Shown piece after piece: positions 13,051 to 24,792 of a DNA stretch of 64,000 bases. Under the pieces are notes generated by a model that had not been told where the DNA came from, did not search any database, and saw only the letters and a list, made by a program, of their open reading frames with translations. The position numbers and the translations under genes were made by a program. Every line of letters begins with the position of its first letter. The stretch's first letter is position 1. The DNA comes from Gammaproteobacteria bacterium F7 (GTDB lineage: Bacteria; Pseudomonadota; Gammaproteobacteria; Pseudomonadales; IMCC2047). The stretch is from contig LUKI01000004.1 in the NCBI GenBank assembly GCA_001593685.1, positions 47,668 to 111,667 of the forward strand, given 5' to 3'.

Positions 13051-13983
13051 ATGAGTCAAGAGATTGAAGGGCAAGCATCGATAATCGGTACGCTGGAAAC
13101 CGTTCGCGATTACATTCGCTGGGCAGCTTCCAGTTTTAACTGCGAGCAGGTTTACTTCGGTCACGGCTCAGATAATGCCTGGGATGAAGCTGTTTTTCTG
13201 GTACTAGGTGCGCTGCACTTACCTTGGGATACGGATCCTGCTGTGTTGGATTCCAGGCTGATTCCTGCTGAACGTGAACGCGTGTGCGCGTTGATAGAAC
13301 GTCGTTGTAAAGAACGTATACCGATGGCTTACTTAATTAATGAAGCTTGGTTTGCCGGTATGCCAATCTATGTCGATGAGCGGGTGCTGGTGCCTCGTTC
13401 TCCCATTGCGGAACTCATTGAAAATGGTTTTACGCCTTGGTTATGCGGTGATGAGGTGAGCCAGATTTTGGATATGTGTACCGGTAGTGGCTGTATCGGT
13501 ATCGCCTGTGCAATGGCATTTCCCGATGCTGAAGTTGATTTAGTGGATATCTCCGGCGATGCCTTGGATGTGGCAAATATCAATATCAAACGTCACCACC
13601 TTGAAGGGCGTGTGAAAGCAATTGCCTCGGATCTGTTCGCCGGTGTTTCCAAAGATAAAGAGTACGATTTGATCGTCACTAATCCGCCCTATGTCGACCT
13701 GAATGATTTGTCGAGCATGCCGGGTGAATATCATCATGAGCCGCCATTAGGCTTGGGTTCTGGTGACGACGGGTTGGACTGCATCCGCCAGATTTTACGT
13801 GATGCGCCAGATTACCTGTCAGAATACGGTGTATTGGTCGGTGAAGTGGGTAATAGCTGTGAAGCGCTGAGCGAAGCTTTCCCGGAGGTTCCTTTTTTAT
13901 GGTTGGAGCTGGAGCGGGGCGGACATGGTGTGTTTGTGCTGACAGCCGGACAGCTTTTGCAGCACAGAGAGCATTTTAAATAA
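13051..13983 (+). CDS. prmB: 50S ribosomal protein L3 N5-glutamine methyltransferase
   Basis: FGHGSDNAWDEA, VLVPRSPI, DMCTGSGCI and NPPY motifs; upstream of aroC; start moved to ATG 13051. Confidence 0.96.
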   Translation: MSQEIEGQASIIGTLETVRDYIRWAASSFNCEQVYFGHGSDNAWDEAVFLVLGALHLPWDTDPAVLDSRLIPAERERVCALIERRCKERIPMAYLINEAWFAGMPIYVDERVLVPRSPIAELIENGFTPWLCGDEVSQILDMCTGSGCIGIACAMAFPDAEVDLVDISGDALDVANINIKRHHLEGRVKAIASDLFAGVSKDKEYDLIVTNPPYVDLNDLSSMPGEYHHEPPLGLGSGDDGLDCIRQILRDAPDYLSEYGVLVGEVGNSCEALSEAFPEVPFLWLELERGGHGVFVLTAGQLLQHREHFK

Positions 13984-13986
13984 GGC

Positions 13987-14010
13987 GATTCCTGCTCTCG
14001 CAGGAGTGAC
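13987..14010. repeat. Single REP/dRS3-like palindrome
   Basis: GATTCCTGC-TCTC-GCAGGAGTGAC resembles the widespread GATTCCCGC-N4-GCGGGAATGAC extragenic repeat. Confidence 0.55.
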
Positions 14011-14053
14011 CAAGATACTATTTTTATAACTGCAGTTTATATTTTGGAAAATT

Positions 14054-15151
14054 ATGTCAGGTAACAGTATTGGAAAACTTTTCACCGTCACCACCTTTGG
14101 TGAAAGCCATGGGCCTGCGTTGGGCTGTATTATTGATGGTTGCCCTCCCGGGTTAGCGATTACCGAGGAAGACCTGCAGCGCGATCTGGATCGACGCAAA
14201 CCGGGCACGTCACGTTTTACGACACAACGCCGAGAAGCCGATCAAGTGAAAATTCTCTCCGGTGTGTTTGAGGGTGAAACCACCGGCACGTCTATTGGTT
14301 TGCTGATTGAAAATACCGATCAGCGCTCCAAGGATTATTCCAATATCAAAGACACCTTCCGTCCAGCTCACGCTGACTATGCCTATACTCACAAATATGG
14401 TAATCGCGACTATCGGGGCGGTGGTCGCTCCTCAGCGCGTGAAACGGCCATGCGTGTTGCCGCGGGTGCGATTGCCAAGAAGTATCTGGAAAAGATGGGC
14501 ATTACGGTTAAGGGTTACCTGTCCCAGCTTGGCCCAATTAAGGTTGAACAGGTGGACTGGAACATTATTGAGGAAAATCCGTTTTTCTGTCCTGATGCTA
14601 ATAAAATCAAGGAGATGGAAAAATACATGGATGCGTTACGTAGAGAGGGTGACTCCATTGGTGCAAAAATCACCGTGGTTGCTAAGGGGTTACCACCAGG
14701 ACTCGGTGAGCCGATCTTTGATCGCCTGGATGCTGAAATTGCCCACTCACTGATGAGCATCAACGCGGTGAAAGGCGTAGAAGTTGGTGCTGGTTTTGAC
14801 AGCATTGAGCAGAAGGGCAGTGAACATCGCGATGAAATGACGCCGGCAGGCTTCCTGTCTAATAACGCTGGTGGCGTGTTGGGTGGTGTTTCCACGGGGC
14901 AGGATATCGTTGCCAATATTGCATTGAAGCCAACCTCGAGTATCACTATTCCCGGTAAAAGTATTGACCGTTTTGGAGAGCCGATGGATGTTATCACCAA
15001 GGGGCGTCATGATCCCTGTGTTGGTATTCGTGCTACGCCGATTGCTGAGGCCATGTTGGCGATTACCCTGCTGGACCATCTGCTGCGTCATCGTGGACAA
15101 TGCGCAGATGTGGATACTCCTACGCCGGTCATCCCTGCGTCCGTTAAATAA
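14054..15151 (+). CDS. aroC: Chorismate synthase
   Basis: [21 protein letters not shown] and GRHDPCV motifs. Confidence 0.99.
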   Translation: MSGNSIGKLFTVTTFGESHGPALGCIIDGCPPGLAITEEDLQRDLDRRKPGTSRFTTQRREADQVKILSGVFEGETTGTSIGLLIENTDQRSKDYSNIKDTFRPAHADYAYTHKYGNRDYRGGGRSSARETAMRVAAGAIAKKYLEKMGITVKGYLSQLGPIKVEQVDWNIIEENPFFCPDANKIKEMEKYMDALRREGDSIGAKITVVAKGLPPGLGEPIFDRLDAEIAHSLMSINAVKGVEVGAGFDSIEQKGSEHRDEMTPAGFLSNNAGGVLGGVSTGQDIVANIALKPTSSITIPGKSIDRFGEPMDVITKGRHDPCVGIRATPIAEAMLAITLLDHLLRHRGQCADVDTPTPVIPASVK

Positions 15152-15194
15152 TTTTATCGGGTGAGAAGTTGGTGAGGCACTGTCATAACGTAAC

Positions 15195-15293
15195 GGCTAA
15201 ATTCAGGGCAAGACAGAACAGGCAAGAGGGAGTTTGCTTTAGTAAATGAGCCTTTTGCCTCTGTTATTAACGCAGCACCGGCGAGCACAGTAG
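15195..15293. repeat. Degenerate ERIC-like/MITE-like palindromic intergenic element
   Basis: AACAGGCAAGAGG..TTTGC-TTTA-GTAAA..CCTTTTGCCTCTGTT hairpin followed by TAACGCAGC; resembles (from memory) a gammaproteobacterial intergenic repeat with a GGAGTTTAC..GTAAATGAGC core. Confidence 0.5.
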
Positions 15294-15295
15294 TT

Positions 15296-16456
15296 ATGTC
15301 GACGTCTCAGCATGTCGTTCCCTACTGGCGATTATCCCGTTTTTATTTCTTTTTTTACGCGGTATTGGGTGCCGTGGTGCCGTATTGGAGCCTGTTTTTA
15401 AAGGAAGCGGGCTTCAACGCGCAGGAAATTGGCTGGCTGACTGCCCTGTTGGCGGCTACCCGAATTATTTCACCTAATATCTGGGGCTGGGTGGCTGATA
15501 GAACCCAGCAGCGCGTCAGAGTTATTCAGGTCGGCGCATTTCTGGGATTTGCCTTTTGTCTCGGTCTTTTTGTTGCCCGCGATTTCTTCTGGATGGCGTT
15601 GGTCAGCCTTAGTTTTAGTTTCTTCTGGAATGCTATTCTCGCCCAGTTTGAGGTATTAACTCTCGAACACCTACACGATAAACGTAGCACCTATAGCCAC
15701 GTCAGGTTGTGGGGCTCCATTGGTTTTATTGTCACGGTTATGGGGCTCGGCTTGGTGTTCGATTACATTAAGGTTGTCCACCTGCCGGTTTTTATGGTGA
15801 TTTTCCTGGGACTTGTTTGGTTCACTACATTAGGGGTGACCGAGCGCCGCTTTGACCACAAACCGACCGCCAAAAGTGGTTTGGCTACTATCCTCAAGCA
15901 TCCAGCCGTGATGGCATTTTTTGTCGTGTATTTTCTGCTGCAAATTGCCCATGGTCCTTATTACACCTTCTTTAGTATTTATCTTGAAGGATTTGATTAC
16001 AGTCGCACGGTGATTGGTCAGCTGTGGGCCTTGGGTGTTGTTGCTGAAGTGGCGCTGTTGCTTTATATGCATCGTGTGATTGGCCGTTTTACACTGCGGC
16101 ATATTATGTTGCTTAGCCTGTTGCTAACGACGCTGCGTTGGTTGTTGATCGCTTTTTTTGCGGAGCATGCCTGGGTGTTAGCTTTCGCGCAATGCTTACA
16201 TGCTTTTAGCTTTGGCGCACTGCATGCCGCTGGTATTGAGGTGGTCCAGCGCTTCTTCAGCGGTGGTCATGAAGGGCAGGGGCAGGCACTCTATATAGCG
16301 GTTGGTTTTGGTGCTGGTAATGCGGTTGGGGCAGGCTTGAGTGGTTATCTTTGGTCTGCCCCCGGGCCAAGTATGACCTATGCAGTGGCTGCTGGGGTCT
16401 CCTGCGTAGCAATGATGGTTGCGATTGTGTGGTTTAGGGCTGATGAGTTTAGATGA
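15296..16456 (+). CDS. MFS transporter (MFS_1-like/HcaT-like)
   Basis: About 12 TM segments; Y..VRLWGSIGF motif; common neighbour of aroC. Confidence 0.88.
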   Translation: MSTSQHVVPYWRLSRFYFFFYAVLGAVVPYWSLFLKEAGFNAQEIGWLTALLAATRIISPNIWGWVADRTQQRVRVIQVGAFLGFAFCLGLFVARDFFWMALVSLSFSFFWNAILAQFEVLTLEHLHDKRSTYSHVRLWGSIGFIVTVMGLGLVFDYIKVVHLPVFMVIFLGLVWFTTLGVTERRFDHKPTAKSGLATILKHPAVMAFFVVYFLLQIAHGPYYTFFSIYLEGFDYSRTVIGQLWALGVVAEVALLLYMHRVIGRFTLRHIMLLSLLLTTLRWLLIAFFAEHAWVLAFAQCLHAFSFGALHAAGIEVVQRFFSGGHEGQGQALYIAVGFGAGNAVGAGLSGYLWSAPGPSMTYAVAAGVSCVAMMVAIVWFRADEFR

Positions 16457-16589
16457 GTATTGCACGGCTTTTTAACTTTATGCTCTGCAGCGGTTTTATT
16501 TTCGTGAACGCATAAAGATGTTCTCACTAATTCAAGCAATATAGTGGGTGTTGTTGGCCACAAGTAATAGGTGTTTTTTTGAGGTGCAA

Positions 16590-16826
16590 ATGAAGCTTGT
16601 TTTATATGGTACTGATTGCTGTCAGCTTTGCGATGAAGCGCTGACAGTTATAGAGGAGGCGCTGACAGGTAGGCAGTATGAGCTTGATATTGTTGATATC
16701 AGTACACTCGACGAGCTCATGGAAAAATATGCCTACAGTATTCCTGTGTTGCAGTTAGATAATCAGGAGCTTAACTGGCCATTTGATGCATCGGATGTGC
16801 ACAACTTTATAAAGCGCGTTGCTTAA
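16590..16826 (+). CDS. Glutaredoxin-family protein (DUF836-like)
   Basis: LYGTDCCQLC CxxC, Y..SIPVL and WPFD motifs; GAGG RBS. Confidence 0.85.
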   Translation: MKLVLYGTDCCQLCDEALTVIEEALTGRQYELDIVDISTLDELMEKYAYSIPVLQLDNQELNWPFDASDVHNFIKRVA

Positions 16827-17111
16827 GTTGCTTTCAAGTATTGGCGTAGGCACAGTCCTGTGGACGCTAAAGTTTATTACAATTTTTGCGGCGCTTGTAT
16901 TGCGGAACTGGGTAACAAAACTTAACGGGTGATAGGTTGTTTGCTGTAGATAAAGAAGTCAGTAAGATGATGGTTTGTCTGGCATTGCTTGTTGCCTGAG
17001 TGGTTAACGAAAGTGCTGACCTGTATCACGGGAGCTGGTTTTATTTTGAGCGGTGTTTACACACTTTATCAGGCGGCCTTTTAGAGCCCCTTTTTGAAAT
17101 TTGGAGAATGT

Positions 17112-18467
17112 ATGTCTGAGTTTGATTTTGATCTGTTTGTGATCGGTGCTGGCTCCGGTGGTGTGCGGGTAGCACGCATGGCAGCGGCGCAGGGTGTTCG
17201 TGTTGCGGTGGCTGAAGATATGTTTCTTGGTGGAACCTGTGTCAACGTTGGTTGCGTGCCTAAAAAACTGTTTGTTTATGGCGCGCACTATGGCGAAGAG
17301 TTTCACGAATCGAAGGGGTTTGGCTGGAATTTAGAGGCTAAGCCAGTATTTGATTGGCCAACATTGCGTAATAATAAAACTAATGAAATTAAACGCTTAA
17401 ATGGTGTTTATAAGAATTTACTTGATAATTCAGGTGCCACTCTTTTGAATGGCCGTGCAGTCGTGACTGGTGCGCATGAGGTTGAAGTGTCGGGCCGTCG
17501 TTACACGGCCGAGCGTATTTTGGTGGCGACGGGTGGTTGGCCCTTTGTGCCGGAGTTTCCGGGCTCTTCTCACGTGATTAACTCCAATGACGTGTTTGAG
17601 TTAGACACTTTTCCTGGCGATGTTATTGTTGTCGGCGGTGGCTATATTGCGGTTGAGTTTGCCGGTATCTTTAATGGCCTGGGCGCAAAAACCACGCAAC
17701 TGTATCGTGGTGAATTATTTCTCCGAGGCTTTGATCAGGATGTAAGAGAGTTTGTTGCCGAGGAAATAACAAAGAAGGGTGTTGAGCTTAAATTCAATAC
17801 AGATATTGAGTCGGTCGAAAAGCTGCCGAATGGTCGTTTGCAGGCGAAGCTAAATACCGGGGAAGTACTGGAAGCTGATCAAATTCTTTACGCAACGGGC
17901 CGTAAAGCAAAAACTACCGGGCTGGGGCTTGAAGAGGTAGGTGTTGAGCTGCGTGATAATGGCTCGATCGTAGTGAACGACTTTTATCAAACCTCCGTGC
18001 CTTCTATTTTTGCGCTCGGTGATGTGAAGGGCGGTATACAGTTAACGCCTGTGGCGCTGGCCGAGGGTATGACTTTCCTTGCGCAGCAATACCAAGGGTC
18101 TCAGAAAAAACTCGATTATGACCTGATTGCTACCGCCGTATTTTGCCAGCCTAATATTGGCACTGTTGGGCTATCTGAAGAGCAGGCCCGAGAGCAACTG
18201 GGTGATATTAAAGTCTTCCGTTCATCGTTCCGGGCGATGAAACACACACTCAGCGGCAGTGACGAAAAAACCTTGATGAAAATGATTGTGGAAACAGCCA
18301 CCGACAAAGTGGTTGGTATTCACATGGTGGGCGCCGATGCGGGGGAAATTATTCAAGGTATGGCCATTGCCCTAAAAGCAGGAGCGACTAAAGCGGTATT
18401 TGATGAAACGATCGGTATTCATCCGACCTCTGCCGAAGAGTTTGTCACCATGCGTACGCCCGTATAA
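17112..18467 (+). CDS. gor: Glutathione-disulfide reductase
   Basis: [21 protein letters not shown] and HPTSAEE motifs; GGAG RBS. Confidence 0.97.
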   Translation: MSEFDFDLFVIGAGSGGVRVARMAAAQGVRVAVAEDMFLGGTCVNVGCVPKKLFVYGAHYGEEFHESKGFGWNLEAKPVFDWPTLRNNKTNEIKRLNGVYKNLLDNSGATLLNGRAVVTGAHEVEVSGRRYTAERILVATGGWPFVPEFPGSSHVINSNDVFELDTFPGDVIVVGGGYIAVEFAGIFNGLGAKTTQLYRGELFLRGFDQDVREFVAEEITKKGVELKFNTDIESVEKLPNGRLQAKLNTGEVLEADQILYATGRKAKTTGLGLEEVGVELRDNGSIVVNDFYQTSVPSIFALGDVKGGIQLTPVALAEGMTFLAQQYQGSQKKLDYDLIATAVFCQPNIGTVGLSEEQAREQLGDIKVFRSSFRAMKHTLSGSDEKTLMKMIVETATDKVVGIHMVGADAGEIIQGMAIALKAGATKAVFDETIGIHPTSAEEFVTMRTPV

Positions 18468-18487
18468 CTGATCGAAGAATTGAGTCG

Positions 18488-19126
18488 ATGAAAAATAGCG
18501 AAGAACTGATAGCTCCCATTCTGGGTTTTCTTCATTGCCGTACGCCTGATAGCTGGATTGCTGAGGCGGTCGATCGGTTGGATATTATTCTTAACGACCA
18601 TGCGGCCAATGAAATGAAAGCGGCGCAATCAGCGATGACGCTGATTGCTCGCAACCCCACCAAGCTGGATGTGCTTAATAAGATGTCCCGGCTGGCGCGC
18701 GAGGAGCTGGTGCATTTTGAACAGGTGTTGAAAATCATGAAAAAGCGGGGCATCAAGCATCAAACCCTTAAAGCCAGCACCTATGCGTCTAAATTACTGA
18801 AGCATGTGCGTAAGCCGCAAAATGACGTCTTGGTGGATACCTTGATCATGGGCGCTATTATCGAAGCCCGCTCCTGTGAACGATTTGAAAAGCTGGCCCC
18901 GCACCTTGATGAAGACTTGGAGAAGTTTTATATCTCGTTGCTGAAGTCTGAAGCGCGGCACTACCAGGATTATTTGGGTTTGGCACAGAAATACGCCGGT
19001 GAGCCTATTGATGAGCGTGTTGAATTCTTTTTGAGTGTCGAAAAAGAAGCCATTTTAACGCCTGATCCGCTGTTTAGGTTTCATAGTGGCGTGCCCGTGC
19101 CTAAGTATGTTCACGAGCCTGTTTGA
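18488..19126 (+). CDS. miaE: tRNA-(ms2io6A)-hydroxylase
   Basis: Di-iron ligands DHA.NE.KAA, EEL.HF, IEARSCERF and SEARHY. Confidence 0.95.
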   Translation: MKNSEELIAPILGFLHCRTPDSWIAEAVDRLDIILNDHAANEMKAAQSAMTLIARNPTKLDVLNKMSRLAREELVHFEQVLKIMKKRGIKHQTLKASTYASKLLKHVRKPQNDVLVDTLIMGAIIEARSCERFEKLAPHLDEDLEKFYISLLKSEARHYQDYLGLAQKYAGEPIDERVEFFLSVEKEAILTPDPLFRFHSGVPVPKYVHEPV

Positions 19127-19276
19127 TTGGCTCGGTTGTATGGAAATAGTGGTAGGTTTTTTTATCTACAGGCTGTTTCTAACCGCATGCAAGTTCTTGA
19201 ATGCGCAAAGGAGCCTTTTATTTAGTTGAGATAACAAAGCTGCTGTCATCTCGGCCAAATGGGTGAAAACATTATT

Positions 19277-19969
19277 CTATGCGATGGATTTTTTACCGCG
19301 TTTGATCACCAGCATTTGTGTCGCACCTTTTTGGAATTGGTAATCGATATCAACCAGTTTGCTAATAAAGCTGGTCGTGTCTAGCGCTGCTATTATTTTT
19401 TCCAAGTGCGGTGATATTTCACCATTTAAAGCGACAAGTGGGTAAATTCTAACTTCTATCGCCACTCTGCAAAGTTCATTAATTGCAGTCAGATGTGCAG
19501 CAAAATCGATCTGGTCGCTGTAGAGAAACAGGTAGTGCGAACAAAGGGCTAAATCGAACTGTTGATTGCTGAAACTGAGTTTTGGTAATGACTCATTGCG
19601 ATAGCGACCAGTCGCTTTACCGTTTTCATAGTCCAGAATAAAGCGCTTCATGGCGCTCATTCGTGTTTGCCCAAGCATCTCAACTGAAGGAATGCTTTCC
19701 CAGATATATTGGTCTTTGTTGGCGACCATCTGCGGCATGATTTCATCGTACGCTTCTGTAATTCGGCTTTTTAATGACTCGGCATTAAACTGATAAACGG
19801 GATCAATAGAAGTAACTTTACCACCACGGGCTGAAAGCTCTGCATTGAATGAGGCGGGACCATCACCACAGCCGAGAATGGTTTTTTGTAAATCAAAATC
19901 CGAGAGCGAGAACATCTTTTTATATTCATCAAAAGAGCGCCCCCAGGGTACGATATTTTTCAATTCCAT
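19277..19969 (-). CDS. SAM-dependent methyltransferase, substrate unknown
   Basis: GRSFDEY..MF, LGCGDGPASF and FDLALCSHYLFLY motifs; GGAG RBS. Confidence 0.8.
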   Translation of the reverse strand: MELKNIVPWGRSFDEYKKMFSLSDFDLQKTILGCGDGPASFNAELSARGGKVTSIDPVYQFNAESLKSRITEAYDEIMPQMVANKDQYIWESIPSVEMLGQTRMSAMKRFILDYENGKATGRYRNESLPKLSFSNQQFDLALCSHYLFLYSDQIDFAAHLTAINELCRVAIEVRIYPLVALNGEISPHLEKIIAALDTTSFISKLVDIDYQFQKGATQMLVIKRGKKSIA

Positions 19970-20087
19970 GAAGTTAACTCCCAAAGTCCGTTTAGAGTAT
20001 TGTAATTTCGACCAAGCGCTAGGTATCTTTTGGAGAATTTAAAGAACGCTCGTTTCGTTCGCGATGGCAAGCAGGATGAGCCAAAGC

Positions 20088-20810
20088 TTAAAGTAAAAAC
20101 TCTTCCAGCTCGTAGCCTTGTTCAGAAAAGCTCAGCTTCCAGCCGGCTTTATGCCAGTCACCTAAAACGACGCGCTCAGCCGCTTTGCCGTTAATTTCAA
20201 GCTGGTGAACCGCAGGGCGGTGGGTGTGGCCGTGAATTAGTAACTGCACATCATGCGCGGCCATCACTTTTTCAACTTCGGACTGGGTTACGTCCATGAT
20301 TTCGTATTCAAGCTGACCGGTTTTTTCTTTGCTGGCAGCGCGAATGTTTTCGGCAATGGCAAGGCGTTCCTGAAGTGATTTGCTGAGAAAATCCTGTTGC
20401 CAGTCCGGGTTGCGTACCATGCCACGGAAAGCGAGGTAATCGACATCGTTGGTGCACAGCGTGTCACCGTGCATTAACAGGACTTTTTGCCCATAAAGTT
20501 CAACAATGCTTGGATCATCGATCAGTTGGCAGCCTGTCTCTGAGCAGAACTGTTCACCGATCAGAAAATCACGGTTACCGTGCATCAGGTAAATGGGGAT
20601 GTTTTTGTCGGAGAGCGTTCGCAGCGATTGTTTGACCTGTTCGATAAAGGGGTGCTGCAGGTCATCGCCGATCCACGCTTCAAAAAAGTCGCCGAGAATA
20701 TAAAGTGCTTCAGCGTTTGGTGCGTCGTTTTCCATAAAACGAAAAAATCCCCGCGCCACATCTGGGTGCGCAGGATCTAAGTGAAGATCGGAGATGAAAA
20801 GGGTGGTCAT
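20088..20810 (-). CDS. lpxH: UDP-2,3-diacylglucosamine diphosphatase
   Basis: SDLHL, GDFFE, GNRDF, HGD and HGHTHRP metallophosphoesterase motifs. Confidence 0.97.
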   Translation of the reverse strand: MTTLFISDLHLDPAHPDVARGFFRFMENDAPNAEALYILGDFFEAWIGDDLQHPFIEQVKQSLRTLSDKNIPIYLMHGNRDFLIGEQFCSETGCQLIDDPSIVELYGQKVLLMHGDTLCTNDVDYLAFRGMVRNPDWQQDFLSKSLQERLAIAENIRAASKEKTGQLEYEIMDVTQSEVEKVMAAHDVQLLIHGHTHRPAVHQLEINGKAAERVVLGDWHKAGWKLSFSEQGYELEEFLL

Positions 20811-20819
20811 GGTCGGTTA

Positions 20820-21317
20820 TTAACCTTCCACGACTTCGGCAGACTCAATGATGATGTCGTCAACCGGTACATCTTGATGGCCCATGCGCGTTGTGGTTGC
20901 GGCTTCGCGGATTTTATCAACAACGTCCATGCCTTCAACCACTTCACCAAATACTGCGTAGCCCCAGCCTTCAGCTGTTTCTGAGCTGTGATCAAGGAAG
21001 GTGTTGTCTTCAAGGTTAATAAAAAACTGTGCGGTAGCTGAGTGCGGTACCATGGTGCGCGCCATGGCAATGGTGCCACGCATGTTGCTCAGGCCGTTGT
21101 TGGCTTCGTTTTCGATGGGGTTGCGAGTGCTCTTTTCCTGCATGCCTGCTTCAAAGCCGCCGCCCTGAACCATGAAGTTTTTAATCACGCGGTGAAAAAT
21201 AGTGCCGTTGTAGAAGCCATCGTTGACGTAATCAATGAAATTCTGAGATGAAACCGGCGCTTTTTCCTCGTTCAAAGTAATATGAATGTCGCCTAGGTTG
21301 GTGTGCAAAATGATCAT
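20820..21317 (-). CDS. ppiB: Cyclophilin-type peptidyl-prolyl isomerase B
   Basis: FHRVI..FMVQGGG, AMART and QFFIN motifs; adjacent to lpxH. Confidence 0.96.
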   Translation of the reverse strand: MIILHTNLGDIHITLNEEKAPVSSQNFIDYVNDGFYNGTIFHRVIKNFMVQGGGFEAGMQEKSTRNPIENEANNGLSNMRGTIAMARTMVPHSATAQFFINLEDNTFLDHSSETAEGWGYAVFGEVVEGMDVVDKIREAATTTRMGHQDVPVDDIIIESAEVVEG

Positions 21318-21527
21318 TGATTAACTCCTTAGCTTAAATTACTGAATTATTGATATTTTTATGCGCCGCACTGTAGCGGCATTGTTTGATCCCGCTATAA
21401 TACGGGGCTTTAATTTGGGCGGGCAATTTAACTGGTTTCTAATGCTACCCAGACGCACCGCGAATATCGCGATAACGATACGCGCCGCACTTCAAGATCG
21501 CAACGGAGAATTTAGCTTTTTAACGCT

Positions 21528-23243
21528 ATGACAAATACCACCGAAAACTCAACAGACAGTAGCTCAACGACCGAGCGCCGCAGCAATTTCATTCGTAATA
21601 TTATTGATGATGATTTAGCGAATGGCGTCAACAGTGAAGTCGTCACGCGCTTCCCGCCGGAGCCAAATGGCTTTCTACACATTGGCCACGCAAAATCGAT
21701 TTGTCTCAATTTTGGTATTGCCGAGGACTACGCTAATGCGGGTGGTCGCTGCAACATGCGTTTTGATGATACCAACCCGGCCAAGGAAAGCAGTGAGTTT
21801 GTTAGTGCTATTCAGAATGATGTGAAGTGGCTGGGCTTTAAATGGAGCGGTGAGGTGAAGTCTTCATCCGGTTACTTTGATCAATTGCACGAATTTGCGG
21901 TTGAGCTGATTAACAAGGGTAAGGCGTACGTGTGTTCTCTCGATGGTGACCAGATGCGTGAGTACCGCGGAACCTTAACGTCGCCCGGTAAGAACAGTCC
22001 CGATCGTGAACGCAGTATCGAGGAAAATCTCGATTTGTTTGCTCGTATGCGTGCCGGTGAGTTTGGCGATGGTGAATTGTCTCTCCGCGCTAAAATTGAT
22101 ATGTCCTCGCCAAATATCAAAATGCGAGATCCGGTTATTTACCGTATCCGTAAAATGTCGCACCATGAAACGGGTGATAAATGGTGCATTTACCCCATGT
22201 ATGATTTTACGCAGTGCTTATCGGATGCCATTGAAGGGGTAACTTATTCGCTGTGCACCATGGAGTTCGAAGATAATCGCCCTCTCTATGACTGGGTGTT
22301 GGATAATGTCACCTTGCCGGGACCAACGCGTCCTCGCCAGATTGAATTTGCCCGTTTAAATTTAAACTACACCTTGACCAGCAAGCGGAAGTTGAAGCGG
22401 CTGATTGACGATCAGGTTGTTGATAACTGGGATGATCCGCGAATGCCGACTATTTCTGGTCTGCGTCGCCGAGGCTATACGCCCTCAGCGATCCGCCAGT
22501 TTTGTGAAAATGTAGGCGTGACCAAAGCTGATGGCGTTGTTGATGTGGCAATGTTGACGCATGCGATTCGCGCCGATCTTGAAGAAACTGCGCCCCGTGC
22601 AATGTGCGTGCTGCGCCCACTTAAATTAGTGATTACCAATTATCCAGAAGGGCAGGTTGAAGAATTAGCATCACCGACCCATCCCGCCCATGAACATATG
22701 GGGGTTCGCACCTTGCCATTCAGTCGTGAAGTCTACATTGAGCAGGATGACTTTATGGAAGATGCGCCTAAGAAATTCTTCCGCTTGGCGCCAGGTAAAG
22801 AGGTGCGACTACGCAATGCCTATATCATACGCTGCGACGAAGTCATTAAGGATGATGCGGGTAATATTGTTGAGCTGCGCTGTACTTACGATGCAGACAC
22901 GTTGGGTAAAAACCCAGAAGGACGTAAAGTAAAAGGGGTTGTGCATTGGGTGTCAGCTGAACATGCGCTTGACTGTGAGGTGCGCTTGTATGACCAGCTG
23001 TTCCTGGCAGAAAATCCCGACACAGAAGATTATATGCAGCACTTAAACCCTGAGTCTCTGGTAGTGCTAAATAACTGTAAAGCTGAGCCAAGTCTTGCAC
23101 ATACACTGCCTGAGCAGCGCTTCCAGTTCGAACGTTTGGGCTATTTCTGCACCGATCGCTACGACTCTACAGCAGAAAAGCCGGTTTTTAACCGCACAGT
23201 GGCGTTGCGTGATACCTGGGCCAAAATTCAGAAAAAAGGTTGA
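21528..23243 (+). CDS. glnS: Glutamine--tRNA ligase
   Basis: [27 protein letters not shown] and FQFERLGYF motifs. Confidence 0.98.
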   Translation: MTNTTENSTDSSSTTERRSNFIRNIIDDDLANGVNSEVVTRFPPEPNGFLHIGHAKSICLNFGIAEDYANAGGRCNMRFDDTNPAKESSEFVSAIQNDVKWLGFKWSGEVKSSSGYFDQLHEFAVELINKGKAYVCSLDGDQMREYRGTLTSPGKNSPDRERSIEENLDLFARMRAGEFGDGELSLRAKIDMSSPNIKMRDPVIYRIRKMSHHETGDKWCIYPMYDFTQCLSDAIEGVTYSLCTMEFEDNRPLYDWVLDNVTLPGPTRPRQIEFARLNLNYTLTSKRKLKRLIDDQVVDNWDDPRMPTISGLRRRGYTPSAIRQFCENVGVTKADGVVDVAMLTHAIRADLEETAPRAMCVLRPLKLVITNYPEGQVEELASPTHPAHEHMGVRTLPFSREVYIEQDDFMEDAPKKFFRLAPGKEVRLRNAYIIRCDEVIKDDAGNIVELRCTYDADTLGKNPEGRKVKGVVHWVSAEHALDCEVRLYDQLFLAENPDTEDYMQHLNPESLVVLNNCKAEPSLAHTLPEQRFQFERLGYFCTDRYDSTAEKPVFNRTVALRDTWAKIQKKG

Positions 23244-23254
23244 GGGGAAAAGCG

Positions 23255-24643
23255 ATGTTGCAAATATACAACTCCTTGACTGGAGCCAAAGAAGAGTTCA
23301 AGCCACTAATTGAAGGCAAAGTTGGTATGTACGTATGTGGTATGACGGTTTATGACTATTGTCATATTGGCCATGCCCGCGTGATGGTGGCGTTTGATGT
23401 GATTACCCGTTATCTGCGACAGCAGGGTTATGACGTCAATTACATCCGTAATATTACCGATGTTGATGACAAGATTTTCAATCGTGCCAACGAAAATGGC
23501 GAGCCCTATACCGAGCTGACTGATCGTTTTATCAATGCCATGCATGAGGATGAGCGAGCTTTGAGCGTGTTACCGCCCAATAGCGAGCCGCGTGCCACTG
23601 AGCATATCGATAATATTCTTAACATGGTGCAAACGCTGATTGATAAAGGGTTTGCATACCCCGCTAGCAATGGGGATGTGTATTACCGTATCGATAAGTT
23701 TGAAGGCTACGGTAAGCTGAGTAATCGTAATATTGAGGAAATGCGTGCTGGCGCGCGTGTTGAGGTGGACGAGAATAAAGAAAATCCGATGGATTTTGTG
23801 CTCTGGAAAGGAGCCAAAACCGGAGAGGCCGCGTGGGATTCGCCGTGGGGTCCGGGGCGACCGGGTTGGCATATTGAGTGTTCGGCGATGAGTACCTGTT
23901 GCCTGGGCAATACTTTCGATATCCATGGTGGTGGTCCGGATTTAAAATTCCCGCATCATGAGAATGAAATTGCTCAGTCGGAAGCGGCCACGGGTGAAAA
24001 GTATGTGAATACCTGGATGCACGCCGGAGCGGTACGTGTTGATAATGAGAAGATGTCTAAATCGCTGGGCAATTTTTTCACTATTCGCGAAGTATTGGAA
24101 AAATATAATCCAGAAGTGGTGCGTTACTTTCTTATTTCCAGTCACTACCGTAGCGCGATTAACTATTCAGAAGAAAGCTTAAAACAGGCGCAGCAAGCGC
24201 TTGAGCGATTCTACAATACGTTACGAAATGCACAGCCTTCTAATGAGTCAGTGCCGGTTGTTGAATCAAATACTGAGTTCCGAATTCGTTTCGAAACGGC
24301 AATGAATGATGACTTTAATACCCCTGAGGCGTTGGCTGTGTTGTTTGATCTGGCTCGTGAAATTAATCGCGGCGGCACATCAACACCCGCACAGGTTGAG
24401 TTGTTGAAGGAGCTGGGGGAAACGCTGGGTATTTTGCAGCAGGAACCCGAAGCCTTTTTGCAGGGCGGTGATACGGGTGAAATAAGTGCTGAACAAATTG
24501 AACAGCTAATCATTGACCGAAAAAATGCCCGTAGTGATAAAGACTGGGCACGTGCCGATGAGATTCGTGATCTGTTAATTGAAAAGGGTGTCGTGCTAGA
24601 TGATGGGCGTGAAGGTACGACGTGGCGTCGTCAGAGCTCGTAA
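23255..24643 (+). CDS. cysS: Cysteine--tRNA ligase
   Basis: [23 protein letters not shown] and KMSKS motifs; ATG 23255 after GAGG RBS. Confidence 0.98.
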   Translation: MLQIYNSLTGAKEEFKPLIEGKVGMYVCGMTVYDYCHIGHARVMVAFDVITRYLRQQGYDVNYIRNITDVDDKIFNRANENGEPYTELTDRFINAMHEDERALSVLPPNSEPRATEHIDNILNMVQTLIDKGFAYPASNGDVYYRIDKFEGYGKLSNRNIEEMRAGARVEVDENKENPMDFVLWKGAKTGEAAWDSPWGPGRPGWHIECSAMSTCCLGNTFDIHGGGPDLKFPHHENEIAQSEAATGEKYVNTWMHAGAVRVDNEKMSKSLGNFFTIREVLEKYNPEVVRYFLISSHYRSAINYSEESLKQAQQALERFYNTLRNAQPSNESVPVVESNTEFRIRFETAMNDDFNTPEALAVLFDLAREINRGGTSTPAQVELLKELGETLGILQQEPEAFLQGGDTGEISAEQIEQLIIDRKNARSDKDWARADEIRDLLIEKGVVLDDGREGTTWRRQSS

Positions 24644-24719
24644 CTGCTTGTCAGTATTACAGCTTTTAAAAGCAACTTAATAAACATTAAAAATTAGTAA
24701 AATTATCCGCTTTGAATAG

Positions 24720-24756
24720 TTGACGAGGGACCTTCAGCTAAGTAATATGCGGCCCT
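24720..24756 (+). promoter_or_regulatory. Sigma70 promoter of the tRNA operon with GC-rich discriminator
   Basis: TTGACG (24720-24725), 17-bp spacer, TAATAT (24743-24748), then GCGGCCC. Confidence 0.8.
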
Positions 24757-24792
24757 CTTTCGCAGATACAGCAATGTTGATGCAAAGGACGT

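Noticed and set aside
21363-21491. 10-bp direct repeat GCGCCGCACT in the ppiB/glnS intergenic region
   Set aside because: Only two short copies about 120 bp apart; cannot be distinguished from chance.
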